Origin: Macrostomum lignano | Lineage: Eukaryota | DNA: 46,093 nucleotides | Assembly: GCA_002269645.1 (NCBI GenBank) | Contig: NIVC01004434.1 | Coordinates: forward strand, 1-46,093 | Direction: 5' to 3' | Shown: one piece after another, positions 36,501-46,093 of the stretch | Layout of the letters: the number at the start of each line of letters is the position of its first letter | Numbering within the stretch: position 1 is the stretch's first letter | Made by a program: the position numbers and the translations under genes | The notes under the pieces: model-generated | The model's input: only the letters and a program-made list of their open reading frames with translations | Told to the model about the DNA's origin: nothing | Database searches by the model: none

Positions 36501-39500
36501 TGTTCCAATCCCCGTACACTCTACTATCAATAGGCAGATGCGAGCACAGCCTTGGCACGCACTACTAGCAGGCGTTACCCGTTCCGGCGTTCTAGTACTA
36601 TTTAGCTACAATCCCGGCGCTAAAACTGCCACCCTGTTGTACGCAACCTACGCGTGCGCTATCGGCGGCGGTCTCACCAGTTTATCCTCTGCGTCAGCCA
36701 ACGGTCTGCCATCGCCCAGTACTCTTGCCAACTTCGGTTTGCAAGCTTGTTCACTGAAAATCTGCGATCTGTTGTCTAGTAATGCTACTAATACTACTGC
36801 CGCATCGGACGGTGTCAGTAGTATTTGTAGCGACAGTCTGTTAGCTTTAATTGGCCTGTGCGATGGTCGCGTATTTGGTGTTAAAATTCGATTAGAAAGT
36901 AGTACAGCTGAGACTGCAATAGTGATATCCGCTGGTCCGGAGTGGCGTCTTTGGCGATGGCCAGATCAGTTGCAACCGTTTGATGCTGTCTGGTCGGCTA
37001 CCAATCAGTTCGGTTGCGTTGCTAAGGGCGCTCATTTGGTTAGCTTTGCGTTGCGAAGGTGAGTAACTGATTTGTTTGGTGTTTAGTGATTTAGTCTCAA
37101 GGTGCGATCTCTGGGGTATTTAGTCTCAAGGTGTGATCTCTGTGGGGTATTTAGTCTCAAGGTGTGATCTCTGTGGAGTATTTAGTCTCAAGGTGTGATC
37201 TCTGTGGGGTATTTAGTCTCAAGGTGTGATCTCTGTGGGGTATTTAGTCTCAAGGTGTGATCTCTGTGGGGTATTTAGTCTCAAGGTGTGATCTCTGTGG
37301 GGGATTTAGTCTCAAGGTGTGATCTCTGTGGGGTATTTAGTCTCAAGGTGTGATCTCTGTGGAGTATTTAGTCTCAAGGTGTGATCTCTGTGGGGTATTT
37401 AGTCTCAAAGTGTGATCTCTGTGGAGTATTTAGTCTCAAGGTGTGATCTCTGTGGGGTATTTAGTCTCAAGGTGTGATCTCTGTGGAGTATTTAGTCTCA
37501 AGGTGTGATCTCTGTGGGGTATTTAGTCTCAAAGTGTGATCTCTGTGGAGTATTTAGTCTCAAGGTGTGATCTCTGTGGGGGATTTAGTTCCATGTTGGG
37601 ATATTTATTCTCAAGGTGTGATCTCTGTGTAAAAGATATTTATATTTTTCCACTAAAGAATTTTCTACTAAAGAGTATCATGTGCCGACCCGCCGGCTTT
37701 CATTGCTAATAAAGCACTTGGTGTACTGTTGCCACTCACCCAGACCCGAAGGCATCGCAGCCAGCACAGTAACTACCAGCGTTAATTGCCTACAAATCAC
37801 TGGCATGTCCTGTATTGGCAATTCTGTCTACTATTGCTGCCTAGATGGTCGCCTATACTGTGCTACATTTGCTCCCGATACTACTAATATTGGCGGTGGA
37901 GGAGTAGTCTGTACGAGCATATCGGAATTGCAGTTGAACGCTGGGCCAACAAATAAACTGGTTGAGCCGAATGCTATGCCTTATTACGGTTTGTATTGTT
38001 CGAGAAATGGCGTAATTTTAGGCGTGCTGGAAGGTCGGCCAGATACTACTGTTAGTAAGCAGCGAGCGATAGGCCATTTGGCGTTTCGATTGATGTGCTC
38101 AGTTGGAGAGGATAGGCTTGTTGGTGAGAACCGTTATTCTGATTTTTTACTGATCAATTTTATACAGACAGCTACATACTACATTACGAGTTATAGCTAC
38201 ATCACAGACGCTAGAATAACTGAATATCTCACTCGCAATTAAAGTTCTGAAAAAGCAGAGAATCTAGCTACTCCTAATCAGTAGTTTGTCTGCGCAGTGT
38301 CACTTAAATTTAATAATTTGGCAGCTAAAACTTCCTTTTCCCCGGCGTTTGCGGACTCAGGACCATATGGAGTTAGGAATGAACAACAAACATGTAACTA
38401 TATGTTACACAAGTGAATGCCAGACGGAGGAAAAGCCCTCCCCACTCTAGACTTGAGGGCACAAAAAACCCTAGACTTGAGGGCCCTATCGAGCAGGCCC
38501 ATCTGGATCAGCCAATGAGAGAGCGGTAAGGAGAGAGGTCAAAGTTAAGACGGACAAAACTCAGCCTATGGGGCAGGCCCAATCTGGCTCAGCCAATGAG
38601 AGAGCAGTAAGTAGAGAAAGCCAAGGCGACAAACTTGCCTAGGGGTAGGCCCAATCTGGCTCAGCCAATGAGAGAGCAGTAAGGAAGGAGAGAGGTCACA
38701 AGGGGGCAAGAGAAAGGCCTACTGTTTATTGTTTACGACAAGCTTACGATTTACGATGTTTACGATGGGCGTCGCTGGGGTCTGGCCCTTCTCTCTTGCC
38801 TGGATTTTAATGATTTCCTGTCATTTTTAGTCTTACATTTCTTTTCAAATAATTTCGAGTAGTAAAGCGGTCTCGAGTCGGAAAACAGGATGAAGATGCA
38901 AATTTAATAGGTCTACTTGCAAAAACCATAGGCTATTGTTGTAGCTTCAAAAACTTTACATATCTTGTAAAGTGAAATACATTTTAAATCTCACAGGAAA
39001 ACGATAATTTTGCTACTAGCTCGTATAAAGGAGTAAAAACGCATCTTTTGCGAGTAAAAATATCTAGTTCTTCTAGTATTTGTGAAATTTCCTTGATCAA
39101 GTGATCATCCACGACCCCCCCCTCCAATTGGGTTGGCAGAGCTGCTCCGCAGTAGCGATCAACCGCTCAGTCAAAAACTCGACGTACTCGAAGCAGTTCG
39201 CCACGTCTATTATCGCGACAAGTTCACATCGGCAAGTTTTCTTAGCGCGGAACTGGCCAGTCTAACGGATATTATGCGCAATCCGACAACTCTGGTTGCC
39301 CTTGGCAACGATGCTCATAATCTGCGCCTATTAAGATTTCTGCTATCGCTGGCTGGCGGCCAAGCTGCCAGAGCTATGACCAGAGCGGCTGAGGGTCTCA
39401 TGCTGATGAAGCATTGCGGTATAGCTTTGAGGCAGCTGTGCAGGATTGCCCAGGGAGATGAGGGCGGTGAGTGTGCAGTTTGCTCTTTGTTACTCAAACA

Positions 39501-40324
39501 CAACTTCACTCTCTCCTTCACTCTCTCCTTTAATCACCCTTCAATCTCTCTCCTTCACTCTCAACCTTCACTCTCACCCCTTCAATCTCATCCTTCTCTC
39601 TCACCTCTTCACTCTCACCTCTTCACTCCTTCAATCTCATTCTTTCCCTCTCGCCTCTTCACTCTCACCTCTTCACTCTCACGCCTTCACTCTCACTCTT
39701 TCATTCTCACCCCTTCACTCTTTCCTCCAACCTTTTCTTTCTGGCTTTCATTCGCCCACCACAATTCGCCGTCTCACAGGTAAGCCGCAGCAACTCAAGC
39801 GACAATTAAGCGGTCGCGATCTGCGCGCCGCAGCCTGCATGTTAGACGCTTTACGCCGCGCTTGCGCCGCTAATCCGCGCGTGTTAGGCGCCGCTAGAAC
39901 CGCCTGGCGCCTAGACGCTATCATAAACCGAGCAGCTGGTCTGCTTTCGCAGCAAAAGCAACAACAGCAACAGCCGACGTCAGAACAGCCACAATGGGAG
40001 AACTGCGTTATCTGCTTCTCTAAATGGACCGATCCGCCATTCGAAACGGCGGCTACAGTTGCTATGGATCCTCTAGTTGGCGTCTGCTGTCCTAATGGTC
40101 ACGTGTTCGCTCGCTGCTGCCGCAGCCTAATCCCCGTGACAAGTTCGGACGGATTCCTAATCTGCACTACTTGCCTGGCCTATTGCCTGCAGGATACTGG
40201 CGGCAATAACAGTACTAGCGATGGGTCTGTTTCGCAGCCAAATAACGATTGGCTAGGCCGGTTGCTTAGCAACGATGTCTGCCTGTTTTGCGATTCGCCA
40301 ATGGTGCCGGTTCGATGTGTCTGA
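33506..40324 (+). CDS. GTF3C4: General transcription factor IIIC subunit 4 (TFIIIC90/delta), about 869 aa
   Basis: Exons 33506-33762, 34374-34949, 36534-37058, 37744-38123, 39140-39466, 39780-40324; phases 2/2/2/1/1; total 2610 nt. Motifs VAVLTSRGAAVLSL and FIKADWSP..GRPCLAAVSDSGRL. C-terminal zinc finger CVIC...CPNGHVFARCCRS...CTTC...CLFC. Confidence 0.88.
33785..34275. repeat. 24-bp minisatellite (alternating variants, 48-bp period) in GTF3C4 intron 1
   Basis: CCCCAAGATCCCTGATCTCTAATA alternating with CCCAAAATTTCTGAATATCTAACA. Confidence 0.9.
35170..36410. repeat. Pyrimidine-rich CTCCCACTCTCC-type low-complexity repeat in GTF3C4 intron 2
   Basis: About 1.2 kb almost free of G on the + strand. 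Confidence 0.95.
37088..37630. repeat. 31-bp minisatellite in GTF3C4 intron 3
   Basis: GGGGTATTTAGTCTCAAGGTGTGATCTCTGT, about 17 units. Confidence 0.95.
38490..38690. repeat. Three dispersed direct repeats carrying CCAAT boxes in GTF3C4 intron 4
   Basis: AGGCCC(A)ATCTGG(A/C)TCAGCCAATGAGAGAGC(A/G)GTAAG near 38495, 38575 and 38647. Confidence 0.8.
39505..39720. repeat. CT-rich CTCTTCACTCTCAC-type repeat in GTF3C4 intron 5
   Basis: Direct reading. Confidence 0.85.
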
Positions 40325-40768
40325 ATCTGTTTATTTTACTTTTCTGCTCAAAGGTAAATGTATCTCTACTTATGACAAGTATAAATAAGCTGCACTTCAT
40401 TAAGTTTTTTTGGCATTTTGTATGCTGTCTGGTTGGTGCATTTATTGTAGTAAGTATATGTAAGAATATGTAAAAAAAGAGGAGCTTGTGTATTGCAGGG
40501 TGCTACTTGTTTGATAATGTTAGTTGCTTATCTAATCACGATTCAGCTATTTTATGAATGAACTCCTCGTAATTATCTATTGCGGCATTGTTCGACTTTT
40601 CCTAATATTAATATTAAATTAAAATACATGCGCAGCTTATTTTTTGTATAACAAAAACGTCGGTTTATTTCTAATTTATTTGGCATATGTTTTCGATTAG
40701 CTAGCAGCCTTTCAGTCCCCCGGCCCACCCTTATTTTCTTTTCTAGCCTCCGTTTATCGCTGGTGTTT

Positions 40769-41030
40769 GTTATCGATTTTATGACTGGCGGCTCCTTAGC
40801 CCAGCCCCACCACCCCTTTCTACGAGCTATCTTACCCAACCACCACCCTGTCAGCCCCTTTCTTATCGCTGCTGTGAAATGTTTACAAGCGAGTATCCTC
40901 TCAGCCCAGCCCCACCACCCCTTTCTATCTTACCCAACCACCACCCTGTCAGCCCCTTTCTATCGCTGCTGTGAATTGAGGCGAGTGTGTTATCGATTTT
41001 ATGACTGGCGGCTCCCCACCACCCCCTTAT
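40769..41030. repeat. Local direct duplications (CACCC/GC-rich) between GTF3C4 and INPP4
   Basis: GTTATCGATTTTATGACTGGCGGCTCC twice; CCCAGCCCCACCACCCCTTT twice; CACCACCCTGTCAGCCCCTTTCT twice. Confidence 0.7.
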
Positions 41031-41656
41031 ATCAGGATAGCTTACACTAGCCATTTGTTTGTACTTTTTCAGTCCGTCTGTTTTTAAACATTACGGAGAT
41101 AGTAGGTTTTTATTTTTTTCAGCACAAAAAATGTTATTTCTTTTAAGAGAAGTGAGACCCAGTGTTCATCTTTTGATATGCCTTGTATTTCTTATAGCTC
41201 TTATGGATAGTCATGAAGCTTTTCGTTTAGAAAATTAGGATTATATGTTTATCTTATACCCTGCGTACGTACATGCCCTATACCTAGAAATCATGAGAAT
41301 TGAATTGCACCAACTAATTGATTTCAGAACTCTTTTTATTATTCTGTTACACAGTCATTAAGATAAGAATGATAAAATAGATTTCATAAAACCAATGCGT
41401 CCAGCTGTGTGACACTGTGTCATTTTTATGATTTTAGGTACAGTACATTTACGATGTACTTGTACTTGTACGTAGGATATAAAATTAACATAGAATCCTA
41501 ATTTTCTAAACAAACAAATCCTTGATTTCAGCTCAATAGTCTTTAATCCCACTTCTAACCATGTCTAATATTAAATCAGAATGTGTCATATTTATTAACA
41601 CGGCAATTAAATACATTGATAGTTGATACCTATTGGTGTTGGTTGTCTTTCCAGAA

Positions 41657-44600
41657 ATGCAGACCAATTGCGACTTGTTACAACAGCACAGTCGCCTACA
41701 AGCGGACAAATCCGGCTGTCTGCAAGTACTAATAGGCAAAGACTCCGCTGGCGAATCTGGCGGCTCAAAATCTGATAAAAAATTGTCTTCCAAATCTGCA
41801 TCAAACAAATCTAGCGACGCTTGCATATGCCGCCTAGTCGGCAATTTATTATTTGTTACTAAAGGCATCGACCCGTTGGCGCAGGACTGCGACTATCTTA
41901 TTGTGCTAGAGGCTTGCAAAATTGAAGTCGACTATTCGCCAGCAAATGTCGAAGCAGATTATCCATTCAGATTAGTGTTTGACTACGAAAGTCAGACTGT
42001 ACTATTTCGAGCCGCCAGCGAAGAGGACCGCGGCGCTTGGGTTGCCGCCTTTCGCGAGGCGTCAATATTCGATAAATTAGACTTAGCCGAATCTGCCAGA
42101 CAAAATATTATAGATATTACTGGCCAGGATCCGTTGGAGCCAACTCTGATTGAAGCCGAAGTTGATGCCACTGTTGTGGATGCCAATGCTGCTGGTTCAT
42201 TTTCGGGATGGCCAACTAAAATTAATGAAGAATCTTTCACTACGGAATCTGCTGGCACTGATCCTGCCGCTACTTCTAATGCTGGAGGCCTCGAACTTGA
42301 TTTGTCGTTGCGCTGTTTGCCAGCTTTGACAGCAGATCCCAGCCTGCAGTATCCCAACGCGTACGTTGAAGTGCACGCGTGTACACCTCCGCTACAGTCG
42401 GACTGGAGCCTCGTCGGTCGGACTGATGTTGTTGAGAATAGCGATCGGCCCATGTTTCGCAAAGTGGTAGGACTGTGTTTATTTTAACTGGAGGTAGCTT
42501 AATCCAGTAGCTTAGCCAGTTATTCAGTTAGTTAGTTAGTCAGTTAGTTAGTTAGTCAGTTAGTTAGTTAGTGAGTCAGTTAGTTAGTTAGTTATTCAGT
42601 TAGTTAGTTAGTTAGTCGGTTAGTTAGTCAGTCGGTTAGTTAGTTAGTCAGTCAGTCAGTCAGTCAGTTAGTTAGTCAGTCAGTCAGTCAGTCAGTCAGT
42701 CAGTCAGTCAGTCAGTCAGTCAGTCAGTCAGTCAGTTAGTTAGTTAGTCAGTTAGTTAGTTAGTTAGTCAGTTAGTTAGTTAGTAAGTCAGTTAGTTAGT
42801 TATTCAGTTAGTTAGTTAGTTGGTTAGTTAGTTAGTCGGTTAGTTAGTTAGTCAGTCAGTCAGTCAGTCAGTTAGTTAGTTAGTCAGTTAGTTAGTTAGT
42901 CGGTTAATTAGTTAGCCAGCCAGTCAGTCAGTCAGTCAGTCAGTTAGTTAGTCAGTCAGTTAGTTAGTCAGTCAGTTAGTTAGTCAGTCAGTTAGTTAGT
43001 CAGTCAGTTAGTTAGTCAGTCAGTTAGTTAGTCAGTCAGTCAGTCAGTCAGTTAGTTAGTCAGTCAGTTAGTTATTTAATTAGTTAGTCAGTCAGTTAGT
43101 CAGTCACTTAGTTAGCCAGTCAGTTAGTCAGTTAGTTAGTCAGTCAGTCAGTTAGTTAGTTAGTTAGTCAGTCAGTCAGTTAGTTAGTTAGTTAGTCAGT
43201 TAGTCAGCTAGTTAGTTAGTTAGTCAGTTACTTAGTCAGTTAGTTAGCCAGTCAGTTAGTCAGCCAGTCAGTTAGTTAGATCAGAATATTCTAAAGTGTT
43301 TATAGAAAGTTAGCCCATTGTACTTAGACATGTACATCCTACACTGCCTTAGAGGGTTGGTCATTATCGCAAAAAACGTGACAAACCCCAGGGCATATTC
43401 GCATATGCAGACATTAAAATTGCTTTTCATCCATAAAATTGCAACCATAAAATCTCACGCCAAATTCATCAAGGTGGTCATTCCCGATGGACAATACAGC
43501 GAAGACTCCACAGAACTAATATTCGACGTTTTCGACGTTCGCGATCAGATTAGTCGTACAATGCGCAAGCTGTACTCTGTTCAGGCCGCTTTAAAACAGT
43601 TGCGAGGCAATCCCGAGCTGTCGTTATTGGCTGCAACTTCTGACACTCAAGCAGCTGTGGTGCCTGCCAACCAACAGCCCACTCTGACTGTGCAAATGCG
43701 CGTGTGAGTGCCTGTGTATGTTTGTGAACGATGTATGTGTTTAGTTTTCGGATTAGACAGCTGCCTGTCTATGAGTCATAGATCATGAGTCATCAAATCA
43801 TCTGTTTGGTTTATGAGGGTCAGCTGGCAAAGGAGTTCTGGGTCAGGGCTAAGAGGTTTTTAGTCAGGGATAAGGGGTTCTGGGTTAGGGCTAATGGGTT
43901 TTGGGTCAGGGCTAAGGGTTTTGGGTCAGGGCTAAGGAGTTTTGTGTCAAGGCCAAGAGGTTTTTGGTCAGAGCTAAGATGTTTTGGGCCAGGGCTAAGG
44001 GTTTTGGGTCAGGGCTAAGGGTTTTGGGTCCGGGCTAAGGGTTTTGGGTCATGGCTAAGGGCGTTTGGGTAAGGGCAAGGGTTTGGGTCAGGGCAAGGGG
44101 TTTGTGTCAGGGCAAGGGGTTTGGGTCAGGGCAAGGGGTTTGTGTCAGGGCAAGGGTTTGGGTCAGGGCAAGGGTTTGTGTCAGGGCAAGGGTTTGGGTC
44201 AGGGCAAGGGGTTTGTGTCAGGGCAAGGGGTTTGGGTCAGGGCAAGGGTTTGTGTCAGGGCAAGGGTTTGGGTCAGGGCAAGGGGTTTGGGTCAGGGCAA
44301 GGGGTTTGGGTCAGGGCAAGGAGTTTGGGTCAGGGCAAGGGTTTGTGTCAGGGCAAGGGTTTGGGTCAGGGCAAGGGTTTGGGTCAGGGCAAGGGGTTTG
44401 TGTCAGGGCAAGGGGTTTGGGTCAGGGCAAGGGGTTTGTGTCAGGGCAAGGGTTTGGGTCAGGGCAAGGGGTTTGTGTCAGGGCAAGGGGTTTGGGTCAG
44501 GGCAAGGAGTTTGGGTCAAGGCTAAGGGGTTTTGTGTCAGGGCTAAGGGGTTTTGTGTCAGGGCTAAGGGGTTTGGGTCAGGGCTAAGGGGTTTGGGTCA

Positions 44601-44979
44601 GGGCTAAGGGGTTTGGGTCAGGGCTATGGGGTTTTGTGTCAAGGCTAAGGGGTTTGGATCAGGACAAAAAAGTTAAGCAGGTGGGTGAAGCGTTTATGCT
44701 ACAGAGATCAAATTTATTGTATTTCCATTCTGCCCTTCAAAATATCGATTTGTCCCCATTCCTGAATCCCCCAGTCGGCCCAATCAACTGGGCGGGCCCA
44801 GCAAGAATCGTCACGCTGTGTTGCTGCGCCACCTGTGCACTGAGCAGCGATTGGTCGCTTCGAACCCCTACAAATTCCCAGTGGAACAGAATCAGATGTC
44901 AAACGAGGGGCATCAGGAGCAGCTGTCTGTGCAGGAGTTCATGTGCGATCTTAAATGCGGCATGCACGTGCCAATGCAG
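41657..44979 (+). CDS. INPP4A: Inositol polyphosphate 4-phosphatase, PH + C2 N-terminal part (partial; continues beyond the window)
   Basis: Exon 41655-42466 (ATG 41657) holds a PH domain (CRLVGNLLF..LIVLEAC..YPFRLVF..RGAWVAAF) and the C2 start (PNAYVEV..TPP..W..RTDVVENSDRPMF). Exon 43474-43703 has IFDVFDVRD. Exon 44775-44979 has YKFP..QEFM...HVPMQ and a GTAAGT donor. The catalytic CKSAKDRT exon is not in the window. Co-orthologue of INPP4A/B. Confidence 0.88.
42520..43275. repeat. Compound (AGTT)n/(AGTC)n microsatellite in INPP4 intron
   Basis: Direct reading, about 750 bp. Confidence 0.97.
43835..44660. repeat. G-rich 18-20-bp repeat (GGGTCAGGGCAAGGGGTTT) in INPP4 intron
   Basis: Regular GGG runs with 3-nt loops on the sense strand. 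Confidence 0.95.
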
Positions 44980-44999
44980 GTAAGTGATGGAGAGTGAAG

Positions 45000-45450
45000 C
45001 AGGATATCGAGGTCATCTATGAGTAGGATATTGAGGTCATCTATGAGTAGGATATTGAGGTCATCTTTGAGTAGGATATTGACGTCATCTTTGAGTAGGA
45101 TATTGACGTCATCTTTGAGTAGGATATTGAGGTCATAAATGAGTAGGATATTGACGTCATCTTTGAGTAGGATATTGACGTCATCTTTGAGTAGGATATT
45201 GAGGTCATAAATGAGTAGGATATTGAGGTCATAAATGAGTAGGATATTGAGGTCATCTTTGAGTAGGATATTGAGGTCATAAATGAGTAGGATATTGAGT
45301 TCATAAATGAGTTGGATATTGAGATCATAAATGAGCAGGTCATTAAGTTCATAAATGAGGGATATTGAAGTCATAAATGAGCAGGTCATTAGGTTCATAA
45401 ATGAGGGATATTGAAGTCATCAATGAGTAGGATATTGAGGTTTATAAATG
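45000..45450. repeat. 24-bp minisatellite in INPP4 intron
   Basis: GAGTAGGATATTGA(G/C)GTCAT(CTTT/AAAT) units. Confidence 0.95.
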
Positions 45451-46093
45451 AGTACTATGTTGAGATAATTTATGATTAGGATCGTGAGTTGATCTCTATA
45501 TGATGAAGACTTATGAATAAAATTACAGACAAATAAATTGAGCTTTAACAGTAGGAATACCAAGCCATTTTACCGCCCGTCGAACTACCAAGAGGGGGGG
45601 AATCCCCCCCCCCCTGACAATTTTATTTTGCTGCGCCGGAACGGAGCAACGCAGGCACCTAAAATTCAAGAACACGGGCCAACTTTTATTGCGCACCTTC
45701 TCAAACAAAAATCAGGTCGCCAGCCCTCCGGTCCGTCGAGATATTCGACGATTTCGCCAGAAGGTCGGATTTTGAGATCCTGTTGCAACTATGTCAGATT
45801 TTTCTTATCAAGCTTCAATAATGGACAAACTTTAACTCCTGGTCATTCTCAGCTAGACTCTCAAACAGCCTATCATCACCCAACGTGATGACGTAAACGT
45901 GATGACGTAATTAGTTAATTGAACCGAATTTTCGGCAGGAGAAAAAATATAAAAAGTATCAATTTGTTGTATGGACTCAAGATCAAGTAAAAGTAACTAA
46001 AATTGCTAAAAAAATAAAAAAACTTCTTAGCTTTTGGGTGTCTATAGTCCTGTTTTTGTCCTCTTGAAGGTACCGAGACGTCGGGTGATGACA

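Noticed and set aside
38393-38837. Solo LTR (TGTAA...TTACA)
   Set aside because: No target-site duplication, poly(A) signal or partner LTR.
23922-40324. Functional cluster of chromatin-architecture genes (cohesin SA next to TFIIIC)
   Set aside because: Adjacency of two genes alone is not evidence; conserved synteny would be needed.
44051-44607. GQG-repeat ORFs (silk- or elastin-like)
   Set aside because: Translations of the G-rich intronic repeat between phase-consistent INPP4 exons.
44730-44775. Non-canonical acceptor (TTCAA|A) for the INPP4 exon
   Set aside because: A canonical phase-2 acceptor exists at 44774 (CCCCCAG|T).
45538-45888. 116-aa ORF or further INPP4 exon
   Set aside because: No INPP4 similarity; the G7-AAT-C10 hairpin suggests a transposon interior, but no termini were identifiable.

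Overview
Eukaryotic, intron-rich animal DNA; no prokaryotic features or CRISPR arrays. Low-complexity Q/A/G tracts and a different minisatellite in most introns suggest a free-living flatworm such as Macrostomum. That taxon is my inference and cannot be proven from the window. Five protein-coding genes can be assembled with canonical GT-AG, phase-consistent splicing: a divergent class-A GPCR (- strand, 2 exons), a full-length IRF with DNA-binding and IAD domains (+, 5 exons), a cohesin SA/STAG subunit (+, 4 exons), TFIIIC subunit GTF3C4 (+, 6 exons), and the 5' part of a PH-C2 inositol polyphosphate 4-phosphatase (+, runs off the window). Between and inside them are about 15 tandem arrays, DNA-transposon derivatives (Mutator/foldback-like, hAT-like, MITE hairpins), a CORE-like tRNA SINE, an RTE-like LINE fragment and a possible Crypton relic. 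Three observations stand out. (1) A 57-bp satellite is built from three RFX X-box-like motifs per unit (13 exact consensus matches, including an isolated near-palindromic box), and other arrays carry ETS, T-box and CRE/nuclear-receptor motifs. (2) The STAG frame opens in phase 0 at a splice acceptor with no upstream donor found, as expected if a flatworm spliced-leader AUG supplies the start codon. (3) The IRF has unusual features and an upstream ISRE. Most long ORFs in the supplied track are artefacts of repeats.
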